From: an uncultured bacterium
GTDB taxonomy: Bacteria; Verrucomicrobiota; Verrucomicrobiia; Verrucomicrobiales; DEV007
Length of the DNA stretch: 64,000 nt
Direction of reading: 5' to 3'
NCBI GenBank assembly: GCA_963977015.1
Contig: CAXBMO010000015.1
Coordinates: 96,773 to 160,772 of the forward strand
Positions 49,411 to 58,371 of this stretch are shown here, piece after piece (position 1 is the stretch's first letter; each line of letters opens with the position of its first letter). The position numbers and the translations under genes are program-made. The notes below the pieces were generated by a model. The model saw nothing but the letters and a program-made list of their open reading frames with translations, was not told where the DNA came from and did no database searches.

Positions 49411-49426
49411 TGCAGGAATTGAGCCA
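49411..49426 (-). promoter_or_regulatory. sigma54 promoter (bEBP operon)
   Basis: TGGCTCAATTCCTGCA. Enhancer pair GTGCAAAACGCAA (49507) and TTGCAAAGTGCAA (49539) lies upstream. Confidence 0.65.
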
Positions 49427-49667
49427 GATGTTACGCCATGCGCGATAACGCCTTGATAATCTGCGGGTTGGGAAGGTTCGTGAGGTTGTAAAACCCCTAT
49501 CATGTAGTGCAAAACGCAAGGTATTGTGAACCTCTTCATTGCAAAGTGCAATGCTCGACCGAAAATCGCGGCCGCCAGGTTTTCAGGAACCGTCCCTCGC
49601 AAGCCTGATTGACTCGCCACGCAACTTGCCGCTTTGCGGGAGCGGGGATCGGTGAAAGGTTGGTTGG

Positions 49668-50609
49668 ATGGTCACGACCGGGATGCTCAGTTTTCCAGAT
49701 TCCTTTTCTCCGGAAGGGCGTTTTTTGCTGGGAATTTCCGGAGGACGGGATTCGGTGGCGTTGCTTGGCTTGCTGCGGGGGGCGGGGTTTGGAGACCTGG
49801 TGCTTTGTCATTTGAACCATGAGCTGCGGGGCGCGGATTCGGATGCGGATGCGGCATGGGTCCGGGATGTGGCGGAGAAGCTGGGTTTGCCGTCAAAAGT
49901 GGCGAATCGCGCGGTATCGGAACTCGCGCGGGAGGCGGAGTTGTCGGTCGAAGCGGCGGCGCGGCGGGCGCGGTTGGAGTTCTTTGCCGATTGCGCACGC
50001 GAGTTCGGGACGAACCGGGTTTTTCTCGCCCATCATGCCAATGACCAGGCGGAGACGGTGCTGATCAATCTGATCCGAGGATCCGGGAGCAAGGGACTTG
50101 GCGCGATGGAGCCGATTTCCACCCTGAAAGTTGGCGACACCGAGTTGGAGTTGATTCGCCCATTGCTCCACGTGGAACGCGATCAGATTCCGGAGCCGCC
50201 GGAGTTTCGGGAGGATGCGTCGAATGCTTCAGATGCGTTTCTCCGCAATCGGATCCGCAATCGGCTGATCCCTGAGATGGAGAAGCAAAGCCGGCGTCCC
50301 CTGGTTCCGGCTCTTCTTCGCAGTGCCGAGATTCTGGGGGAGGAAGATCGTTTTCTCGAAGAGTTGGTGGCCGAGAGAATTGATGTTCATCAGGACGAGC
50401 TGCTGGTTGCCGACCTCCGCGCGTTGCCGATCGCGTTGCAACGACGGGCGATTCAACATTGGCTGAGGTTTCTGGGAATTCCGAATTTCGGCTTTGAGGA
50501 AATCGAGCGGGTCCGGAGCCTGATTGAACCGGAAGCGAAGGTCGCCAAAATCAATCTCCCGGCGGATCGCCATGTCCGGCGTCGGGAGAAGCGATTGTTC
50601 GTGGAATAG
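49668..50609 (+). CDS. tilS: tRNA(Ile)-lysidine synthase
   Basis: SGGRDS, HLNH.LRG, AHHANDQAET, IRPLL, EDASN...RNRIR. Confidence 0.93.
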   Translation: MVTTGMLSFPDSFSPEGRFLLGISGGRDSVALLGLLRGAGFGDLVLCHLNHELRGADSDADAAWVRDVAEKLGLPSKVANRAVSELAREAELSVEAAARRARLEFFADCAREFGTNRVFLAHHANDQAETVLINLIRGSGSKGLGAMEPISTLKVGDTELELIRPLLHVERDQIPEPPEFREDASNASDAFLRNRIRNRLIPEMEKQSRRPLVPALLRSAEILGEEDRFLEELVAERIDVHQDELLVADLRALPIALQRRAIQHWLRFLGIPNFGFEEIERVRSLIEPEAKVAKINLPADRHVRRREKRLFVE

Positions 50610-50623
50610 CGGTTGGTGGTAAG

Positions 50624-51277
50624 TTAGGCCTGTCGCCGTCCCGGAAGCACCATCCAGAGAATCGCGAACACACAGACGAGCGCTCCTCCCCCCATGATTC
50701 CGAAGGTGATGCCGGCTGGGGTAGGGGTGCGGGCTTTGTCGAGGAGCAGGACCTTTTCCGGATCGATCGCGGGATAGGAATCCTTCAACAAATCAATCTC
50801 GTCCTTGTCCAGCTTCTCGATCTTGTTGACGAAGAGTCCCTGGACCTGCTTTTCCAAGATCATGTCTTCCGGGATATCGGCGATGGTCGGAAATTGTTCC
50901 GTTTTCACGAGGACGGAAATGACCCCCATGTCGGGGAGGGGAATTTCCTCAGGAATCCCCTCGGGATGTTGCTCATACAGCCGATTCATCCCAACCACGT
51001 AGGGATGTTGGCTCGAGAGAATGGGATAGTAGGCGTAGGTGACTTTGTCAGTATCCTTCATCTCGTTGCCGCCTTCGTACTCGAAAATGCACTCGTAATA
51101 GTCGGCAACATGCGGCCCAATCACGACATGGGCGTTCGACAAGTCCGCGGTGCCCGACTCGATCTCGGCGAGTTCCAGCGTGGTGGGTTCGTCAGAGGCG
51201 GCTTTGCTGAGTCTGAATTCGCTAAAGCCGTAGAAGATGACGGCGATCCCGACGATGAACATTCCAATTTTAAACAT
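50624..51277 (-). CDS. Hypothetical membrane protein (TM at both ends)
   Basis: 217-aa ORF with N- and C-terminal hydrophobic helices and an acidic core. Confidence 0.7.
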   Translation of the reverse strand: MFKIGMFIVGIAVIFYGFSEFRLSKAASDEPTTLELAEIESGTADLSNAHVVIGPHVADYYECIFEYEGGNEMKDTDKVTYAYYPILSSQHPYVVGMNRLYEQHPEGIPEEIPLPDMGVISVLVKTEQFPTIADIPEDMILEKQVQGLFVNKIEKLDKDEIDLLKDSYPAIDPEKVLLLDKARTPTPAGITFGIMGGGALVCVFAILWMVLPGRRQA

Positions 51278-51436
51278 GGTTCCGTGGTTTGATGGCGACG
51301 CCCGAACCGAGCCAGCCTTCGCCGAGCTTTGGGATGTTTGTCAGAAAGGTCAAGCTGATAAAATCAACGTGGCGGTTTCTTGAAAAACCGTCAAAACGCG
51401 GGACAGGTTCGAGTTCTGGTTTAGAACGAACAGACG

Positions 51437-52813
51437 ATGACGAACACTCGCCAATTTTTTGGAACGGATGGCATTCGCGGAATGGCGAACGTTGAACCTC
51501 TCACCCCGGAAACGGCCCTTCGGCTGGGACAGGCTGCCGCCCAGGTTTTGCTGAAGGACAGCAACTCGATGGATTGGCCACGTTGCATCATTGGTCGCGA
51601 TACGCGTTCCAGCGGAGATATGTTGGAAGCTGCCTTTGCCGCAGGAATGGCTTCGGTTGGGGTCGATGTCCAGTTGGCCGGCGTGATTCCGACACCGGCG
51701 GTTGCGTATTTGACCCGAACTTCCGGGGCTGCGGTTGGCGTCGTCATCTCGGCCTCGCACAACCCCTTTCACGACAACGGGATCAAGTTTTTCGGCGGTG
51801 ATGGCTACAAGTTGGCGGATGCGACCGAGTTGGCGATCGAGCAATCGCTGCTTTCCTCGGATCGCATCGAGGAAAGCACGCGGGCAAAACCGGGAAAGGT
51901 CGGGCGAATCAGCCAGCTGGAAGGGGCCGTCGATCAATACATTCATTCAGTGATCGATGGCTTGAGTACGGACACCAAGTTTTTGTCCGGAATCAAGGTG
52001 GCGTTGGATTGCGCGAACGGTGCCTCCTACAAGAGCAGCCCGGCCGTGTTGGAGCACCTGGGGGCGGAGTTGGAAGTTCGTTTCAACGAGCCTAACGGCG
52101 TCAACATCAACGCGGATTGCGGTGCGACGCATGATGAAGCGATCTCCGCGCTCGTTCGCGAATCCGGTGCCCAAGTCGGTATCTCTCACGATGGCGACGC
52201 CGACCGCCTGATCATGTGCGACGAGACCGGCAGCGCGCTGGATGGCGATGAGGTGTTGGCGATTGCGGCGACTTCCCTGGCGAAACGCGGACTCCTCACC
52301 GACAACTCGATCGTGGCCACGATCATGTCGAACTTCGGGCTCAACGACACACTTTCCGCGTTAGGTGGTCAGGTGATTCGGACCGGGGTGGGGGACCGTT
52401 ACGTGATCGAGGCGATGCGCGAAAAGGGTCTCAATGTCGGAGGCGAGCAAAGCGGTCACCTGATTTTCCACGATTTTTCAACGACGGGAGACGGCATCGT
52501 CGCCGCGGTCCAGATTCTGCAGATCATGGCGGCGGAAGAGCAGCCGCTCAGCGAATTGCGCAAATGCCTGACCAAGTTTCCGCAGGCCAAACGCAATCTC
52601 GCGATCAACGCGAAGCCACCGGTTGAGGAACTGAAAGCGGCGGGCCAACTCATCGCCGAAACGGAGTCCAAGCTCGGATCGGAAGGCCGCGTGCTTCTGC
52701 GGTATTCCGGAACCGAGCCGAAAATCCGCTTGTTGATCGAAGGTCGCGACGCGGATTACATTGAAGGTCAGGCTGAGAAAATCGCCGAGGCGATTCTCGA
52801 GCAGATCGGGTAG
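51437..52813 (+). CDS. glmM: Phosphoglucosamine mutase
   Basis: FGTDGIRG, SASHNP, DGDADR, GGEQSGH, RYSGTEP. Confidence 0.97.
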   Translation: MTNTRQFFGTDGIRGMANVEPLTPETALRLGQAAAQVLLKDSNSMDWPRCIIGRDTRSSGDMLEAAFAAGMASVGVDVQLAGVIPTPAVAYLTRTSGAAVGVVISASHNPFHDNGIKFFGGDGYKLADATELAIEQSLLSSDRIEESTRAKPGKVGRISQLEGAVDQYIHSVIDGLSTDTKFLSGIKVALDCANGASYKSSPAVLEHLGAELEVRFNEPNGVNINADCGATHDEAISALVRESGAQVGISHDGDADRLIMCDETGSALDGDEVLAIAATSLAKRGLLTDNSIVATIMSNFGLNDTLSALGGQVIRTGVGDRYVIEAMREKGLNVGGEQSGHLIFHDFSTTGDGIVAAVQILQIMAAEEQPLSELRKCLTKFPQAKRNLAINAKPPVEELKAAGQLIAETESKLGSEGRVLLRYSGTEPKIRLLIEGRDADYIEGQAEKIAEAILEQIG

Positions 52814-52839
52814 GGAACCTGGCCTTGCTTGACCTCTTT

Positions 52840-52909
52840 CCGTAAATCGGGTCACCGGCCCGATCGTGCACAGCCTTTGCAGGGATCGGGCCGGTGACCC
52901 GATTTACGG
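52840..52909. repeat. REP doublet (perfect 26-bp inverted repeat)
   Basis: CCGTAAATCGGGTCACCGGCCCGATC-N18-GATCGGGCCGGTGACCCGATTTACGG; each arm has its own internal hairpin. Confidence 0.8.
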
Positions 52910-52919
52910 CTTGTTCGAC

Positions 52920-54416
52920 CTACCGCGCTCCGGGAAGCGCGAGATCGATGGCGTAGAATCCGGTGCGCGCGGTGATGTAGAGCGTTTGGTTGTCCGGACC
53001 GCCGAAGGTGACGTTGGCCGGGTGTTCCGGGCAAACGATGTCGGCAAGCTGCTCGCCTTCCGGAGAAATGACGAGGACGGTGCCGGACGTGAGGTAGACG
53101 TTGCCGAGAACATCGACCGTCATTCCATCGCTGCCGCTGTCGAAGAATTCGCGCTTGTTGGTGAGCTTGCCCTCTCCCTTGACGTCGAACGCGAAGATCT
53201 TTTTCTCGTCGGTATCGGAAACGTAGAGGGTCTTGTAGTCGGGGCTGAAGATGACGCCGTTGGGCTTGGTGACATCATCCGTGGCGAGGCTGATTTTGCC
53301 TCTGCGGTTCACGTAGTAGACGCTCATGGATTCCAACTCGCGATCGTCGTTGGAGCCATAGCGCGGATCGGTGAAGAAGAACCCGCCAATCCAGTCGAGC
53401 GCCACGTCATTGGGGCTGTTGAGCTTCTTGCCTTCAAACGAATCGACGACCGTGGTGATCTCATCGCCGAGTTGGCTGGAAATGCGTCGAGCTCCGCCTT
53501 CGCAATAGAGGAGTCTGCCGCCGGGAGTCCACCAGAGTCCATTGGCTCGGCCGGTGCCTTCCCGCCAGACAACCGTCTCGCCGGTTTTCGGATCGTAGAC
53601 GTGGGTGAGTTCGTTGGGAATGTCGTTGAAGTAGATGCGACCGTCCGGTCCCCGGGCGGGTCCTTCGGTGAAGGTGAATCCGTCGGCCAACTTGCGAACT
53701 TCGGCGCCATCGGGAACCAGATTTTCCGGGGAAACAGTCGGCGCGTCGGTGCTCGGTTCAGGGCTCGGCTCAAGTTTTTCCGTCTGGATCCGAATGTTCC
53801 GCCAGCGATTCTGCGGGCGATCCTCGCGCCCACCGATTCCGTGAACCTGGAGAGCGATGAATCCTTTCGGCGTCATAAAATCCTTCAAATCGGCTGCCGG
53901 AACTCCGTTGATCCAAGTGCGAATGCGGTCGCCAATCGCCTCGATGCGATAGTGATTCCAGTCGCTCTGTTTGAAGGCGTAACGCGCGGCATCGTTGTCG
54001 GCGAGGTCGTTGAGCCATCCACGGCGGCTTTCGTCATAAATGCCGCCACTCCATCCGCGATCGCTCGGATCGATTTCGACCTGATACCCATGAACCCGGC
54101 CATCCTTGTAATCTTCAAGGCTCTGGCTGCGAATCTGGATTCCGGAATTGAGCGTCGAATCGACCTTGAACTCGACTTCGAAGATGAAGTCGCCGTAGTC
54201 CTGATCCGTGCAGAGGAAACTGTTCGGGGAATTCGGAACGCCTATCCCGATGATTTCGCCATTCTCGACCGAGTATTCCGCTTTTCCGCCGCGTTGAACC
54301 CAGCCATCCAGGGTTTTGCCGTCGAAAAGCGGCTTCCACTCGGCAGCGGATGCCGGGTGGCTGATGAAGAGGGCGAGGAGGAGGATACCAGGGCGGGCTG
54401 CGTAGAACAATTTCAT
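52920..54416 (-). CDS. DUF1080 (3-keto-disaccharide hydrolase-like) plus SMP-30/gluconolactonase fusion, secreted
   Basis: LFDGKTLDGW, NSGIQIRS, GYQVEID, GFIALQVH; then FTEGP, NSPND, PNG, DGMTVD. Confidence 0.88.
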   Translation of the reverse strand: MKLFYAARPGILLLALFISHPASAAEWKPLFDGKTLDGWVQRGGKAEYSVENGEIIGIGVPNSPNSFLCTDQDYGDFIFEVEFKVDSTLNSGIQIRSQSLEDYKDGRVHGYQVEIDPSDRGWSGGIYDESRRGWLNDLADNDAARYAFKQSDWNHYRIEAIGDRIRTWINGVPAADLKDFMTPKGFIALQVHGIGGREDRPQNRWRNIRIQTEKLEPSPEPSTDAPTVSPENLVPDGAEVRKLADGFTFTEGPARGPDGRIYFNDIPNELTHVYDPKTGETVVWREGTGRANGLWWTPGGRLLYCEGGARRISSQLGDEITTVVDSFEGKKLNSPNDVALDWIGGFFFTDPRYGSNDDRELESMSVYYVNRRGKISLATDDVTKPNGVIFSPDYKTLYVSDTDEKKIFAFDVKGEGKLTNKREFFDSGSDGMTVDVLGNVYLTSGTVLVISPEGEQLADIVCPEHPANVTFGGPDNQTLYITARTGFYAIDLALPGAR

Positions 54417-54565
54417 GGAAGGGTTGCTGCGGCTAAGGGACGGAAAATCAACGGCTTTGTCAACGGTTCCTCGAACACTCTTGCGCGAATCGTGTCTATC
54501 AGAGAAGATTGAGGGAGGCGAAGTGCGCGTCGACGACGCTTTGCTCCGATCGTTTTGAATCCTCT

Positions 54566-55216
54566 ATGAACCTTTTCATCACCGGCACCAATACCGGCGT
54601 AGGCAAAACCTACGTCTCCTCCCTCATTTGCAAAGCGCTGGCCGCCCGTGGCGATCGGGTGGCTCCCTTTAAGCCGATTGTTTGTGGGGAACGCGACGAC
54701 GCCCAGCTTCTGTTGGCCGCGTCCGGTCGCGACGATTTGAGCCTCGACCAGGTCAATCCGCTCCACTTCAAGTCTCCGGTCGCGCCGATGACCGCCGCCA
54801 TGATCGAAAATCGCGAAATCGATGTCGATGATTTGGTTCGAAAAGCACGTGACCTGGAAGCCGATTCCGATCACCTCATTGTGGAAGGCGTGGGAGGATG
54901 GGAAGTTCCGATCTCCGCCGATCTGTCGATGGCTGATTTCGCCGCGAAACTGGATTATCCGGTGGTCGTCGTGGTCGATAACCGGCTTGGAGCGCTGAAC
55001 CACACCATTCTCACTGTGCGAAGCGTCGAGATCTTCGAGTTGTCTTGTCTGGGCCTGATTTTGAATTCCACGGAGGAATCCCGCGATGCCGCCTCGATCA
55101 GCAATCGCGTTGTTCTGGAGCAGTTTCTCGGTTCTCCCATTTTGGCCGAACTGCTGTTCGATCAGGAGGAGATCGACGTGACGCCGCTTCTCGAATTGGT
55201 GTCGAGTTCGAGCTAA
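54566..55216 (+). CDS. bioD: Dethiobiotin synthase
   Basis: FITGTNTGVGKT, FKP, VEGVGG, LGALNHT. Confidence 0.93.
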   Translation: MNLFITGTNTGVGKTYVSSLICKALAARGDRVAPFKPIVCGERDDAQLLLAASGRDDLSLDQVNPLHFKSPVAPMTAAMIENREIDVDDLVRKARDLEADSDHLIVEGVGGWEVPISADLSMADFAAKLDYPVVVVVDNRLGALNHTILTVRSVEIFELSCLGLILNSTEESRDAASISNRVVLEQFLGSPILAELLFDQEEIDVTPLLELVSSSS

Positions 55217-55258
55217 ATCCTAACTTGCGCCGAAAATCGGGGGAGGTAAGCTAAAGTC

Positions 55259-55534
55259 ATGGCGAAAGGAGACCGTCGAGTTGAAATTTACTGCCCGAAA
55301 TGCAGTTGGGAGCCACGCGAGAAGGATCGTTGGGGATGCTGCAAGTGTCACCACGCGTGGAACACGTTCGACACCGCAGGCGTATGTCCGGAGTGTGGCA
55401 ATGTTCACGAAGACACCCAGTGCCCATCCTGTCACGCCTGGTCGCCCCATCGTTCCTGGTACCACAATTTCGGATTCGATGAGGAAAGCGAGTCGGTCGA
55501 GGAAGTGAAGCTCGACGAGATCAAGCTTCGCTAG
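55259..55534 (+). CDS. Small Cys-rich zinc-ribbon protein
   Basis: CPKC, C..C...WNTFDT.GVCPEC, TQCPSC..WSPH..WY. Confidence 0.75.
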   Translation: MAKGDRRVEIYCPKCSWEPREKDRWGCCKCHHAWNTFDTAGVCPECGNVHEDTQCPSCHAWSPHRSWYHNFGFDEESESVEEVKLDEIKLR

Positions 55535-56438
55535 CCGATGCCGGTTTCCCGGCCTGGTGTTTGCGTTTCTGAGTGACCAGATAGGCGTGCAGCGATTCCG
55601 CAGCCAGGCCGTGAAGCATGAGCCGATGCGCGGCACCGAGCGTTGATTCGGGAATGATCGGGTGGCGATTATTAACTAAGCCGAGAAACTGGCTGTCGCC
55701 GATGAGGCGGGTCGCGTAAAGCGCAATCGTTTCATCCAGTTGCAGCGAATTGCAGGCGCGCCAAAAATCGCTGTCGGTCAGCAGCATTTGATACATCGGC
55801 GTGTAGATTTCGATCGCCGATTCCAAATCGATTTTGTTGAAGAAGCCATTGGGCATTTCCTCCATCTCAAACTCCCCATGGTCGCTGATGCAGCTGAAAT
55901 CGAGTTCCTCCCGGGCGGTGAACTCCAGGTTCTTTTCCTTGAGCTGACGATTGATCTCAATAATGAAGTTATAAATGTTGAGATCGTGCTGGAGGAAGAC
56001 GTCGTCCTTCAAGTCCGCCAGGTTTTTGGGACGGAGCGGATGAAGCTTCATCTCGACGCTCTGGGTGTTTTTGGCGATGAACTCGAGAATCTCCGATCCT
56101 ATGTTGAAGTGCCGCACGATCATGAAGTTGGCGTGGGGCGAAACGAATCCCCGCAATCCGAGGTAGATCGATTGATGGAGAATCCAGGATGAGGTGAAGG
56201 CGTTGGGAATGATCGTCTTGAGCACCTTCAGGATGCAGATGGCCAATCGGCAGAACGGGCGAATCAGGGGAAAGAGAAATTGGCGCGAACGGGATGAGAC
56301 ATCAACGAGGATGCTCGCCTTGGCTTTCTCGTTGATCGGGACGCTGGTATCGAGATAGAGCGCGACCCAGGGGCTGGGATCCCGGTTGTCGTGGATGCTC
56401 TCCTCGAGTTGTTTGATGGCGTCGGCTGGTGAGCTCAT
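55521..56438 (-). CDS. Conserved hypothetical protein (DUF6999-like), coupled to the ketosynthase gene
   Basis: 305-aa ORF 3 nt downstream of the KS fusion; DPSPW.ALYLD, RHF..GSE, HDLN, SLQLDET. Confidence 0.65.
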   Translation of the reverse strand: MSSPADAIKQLEESIHDNRDPSPWVALYLDTSVPINEKAKASILVDVSSRSRQFLFPLIRPFCRLAICILKVLKTIIPNAFTSSWILHQSIYLGLRGFVSPHANFMIVRHFNIGSEILEFIAKNTQSVEMKLHPLRPKNLADLKDDVFLQHDLNIYNFIIEINRQLKEKNLEFTAREELDFSCISDHGEFEMEEMPNGFFNKIDLESAIEIYTPMYQMLLTDSDFWRACNSLQLDETIALYATRLIGDSQFLGLVNNRHPIIPESTLGAAHRLMLHGLAAESLHAYLVTQKRKHQAGKPASASEA

Positions 56439-56441
56439 GGG

Positions 56442-58319
56442 TCAGAAATTTCCGATTTCCTCGAGTTGAAGCAGGTAGAGGCGTGCCACGACTTTGGCGG
56501 TCTTGATGACGGACTGGACGACCTTCTCATCCAGGATACCGGACTGCACCGCCAAGTCCAGGCGTTGAAAGTGAATGTCGTCGCTCTCCGAGTGATACAT
56601 GAGGAACGAGACCTGGTTGTCTTCCAGATCCAACTGCTCCTTGATTCGAACCGCCCAGCGGCGCGCTACCCGGCGTCCCAACCCTTCAATGATGAACATC
56701 GCGCCAATCAGATCGAACGGGTTCTCCCGGCTCGCGCGGCTGAGGATGTATTCGGAAAGCGCTTCGCTGCCGATGTTCTTGGTTCCGGTTTGGATGGCCT
56801 CCAAGTCACCGCCGACGGCGACGTAGTTGCGCTCCAGCATTTCAAAATCGCGATGTTCGTCACTGGAATGACCGATGAAGGCGGAGCGAATGGGAAAGTT
56901 CTCGCGCGTGATGTTCGACGCCGCGCGCGAAATCCAGCGCGAACCGTCAATCACCTGTTGGCGGAGATTGAAGAGCAATTCGCGATAGTCCTGCATCGTG
57001 AGTTTGCCTTCGTTCATCTTCGCGATGATCGGAACGCGATTGATTCCGGTCTCAAAATCGTTCCAAACGTGGGTGAGTTGACGCACGAGCGACTCTTCGA
57101 TCTCCGCCCCGGAAGTCTTGATCTCGGGAGCGATGACCGGATCCGAAACATTCATCGAAACGGCCTTGGCGGATGGCTTGGGGCAGTCGCCTTCAACGAC
57201 GGTCAGGAGCGCGTAGGAGAAGGTGAACCGGCCGCTTTCCGGGACGATACAAAAGATGTTCTGACCGGGCTCGAGTTTGCCGGAGTAGAGCAACTCCTCC
57301 AGCATGACGTAGGCGGAAGCGCAGCCGAGATTGCCTTTGGTCGCGAGATTGGAGAACACGCGGTCGGGCGGAAGAATGAGCCCGCCGCGCTCGAGCAAAT
57401 CCAACGCCTGAACGCGAAAAATATCGGAGGAATAGTGGGTTGCATACCAATCGATGGATTTGGGATCCAGCTTCCCTTTCTCGATCAATTGAAAGACGCC
57501 TTCCACGGTCAGCCGGACGACGTCCTCCAGCATCCCGACATTCTGTCGCAGATTGATCGCGCCGGCCGCGGCCGCGGTTGCGTAGTCCGGGTAGTCCAAC
57601 CAACCGCGAACGTCTTCGGCACTCGCCTCTTCCTTCGTCCCGACAAACATGCAGGGATCAAACTGGCTCGCGTAGGACGTTGCCGTGATCCATTGGATCT
57701 CCAGTGACAGCCCGGTTTGCGCCGGTCGATCCTGAAGCACAAACGCCCCCGCACCGTCGGAAAGCATCCACCGCAGGAACTCGGTTTCGAAGGGGAGCCT
57801 GCGATCATCGCCAAAGCCCTGCGCTTGAAATCGGGAAGCTTTTAACAAGCGACTTGGGAACTCACTTGCGGCACAAACCGCGTTTGAGACTTGCTCGGTC
57901 TGGATGAGTGAAGCCGCGTGACGCAACCCGACCATCCCGGAGGCACAAATACCGTGAGTCGTCGCAATTTCGCACGGCGGCATGTCGAGCTTGCCGTGAA
58001 CCATGCTCGCAAAACCGGGCAAGGGGAGGTCCGGGCAGGAGGTGGAAGCCACGAGGAGCTCGATCGCGTTGAGGTCGAGGCCGGACGTTGCAATGGCAGC
58101 TTCGATCGCCTTTGCCGCCATCCCCGCGTTCGAGATGGTGGTGGTCTGGCTTTCGTCGATCGCGTAGTGGCGCGTCTCGATCTTGTTTTGATTCAGAATG
58201 CGCTTTCGACTCCGCGAGGGCTTGGAGCCGACCTGTCCGAGGACCGTCTCCATGTCGTCATTGCCGATGGCCTTCCCGGGGAGGTAAGCACCTGCAGAGG
58301 TGATGAAGCTGGGTTTCAC
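56442..58319 (-). CDS. StlD/DarB-like ketosynthase III fused to a heme-oxygenase-like diiron domain
   Basis: Cys-His-Asn triad (GICASG, THYSS, KGNLG), FLRWMLSDGAGA, VPESGRF; C-terminal H..DEHRD...IIEG...H..SD..H. Confidence 0.82.
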   Translation of the reverse strand: MKPSFITSAGAYLPGKAIGNDDMETVLGQVGSKPSRSRKRILNQNKIETRHYAIDESQTTTISNAGMAAKAIEAAIATSGLDLNAIELLVASTSCPDLPLPGFASMVHGKLDMPPCEIATTHGICASGMVGLRHAASLIQTEQVSNAVCAASEFPSRLLKASRFQAQGFGDDRRLPFETEFLRWMLSDGAGAFVLQDRPAQTGLSLEIQWITATSYASQFDPCMFVGTKEEASAEDVRGWLDYPDYATAAAAGAINLRQNVGMLEDVVRLTVEGVFQLIEKGKLDPKSIDWYATHYSSDIFRVQALDLLERGGLILPPDRVFSNLATKGNLGCASAYVMLEELLYSGKLEPGQNIFCIVPESGRFTFSYALLTVVEGDCPKPSAKAVSMNVSDPVIAPEIKTSGAEIEESLVRQLTHVWNDFETGINRVPIIAKMNEGKLTMQDYRELLFNLRQQVIDGSRWISRAASNITRENFPIRSAFIGHSSDEHRDFEMLERNYVAVGGDLEAIQTGTKNIGSEALSEYILSRASRENPFDLIGAMFIIEGLGRRVARRWAVRIKEQLDLEDNQVSFLMYHSESDDIHFQRLDLAVQSGILDEKVVQSVIKTAKVVARLYLLQLEEIGNF

Positions 58320-58371
58320 GGCTGAGGTTTGTGGGGAATTGAACGTATTGGAAAGCAGGTGAAGGCGTTGT

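Noticed and set aside
49668-50609. Short TilS with a compact IRPLL-EDASN segment as a pseudogene
   Set aside because: Catalytic motifs and reading frame are intact, and short TilS forms are common.
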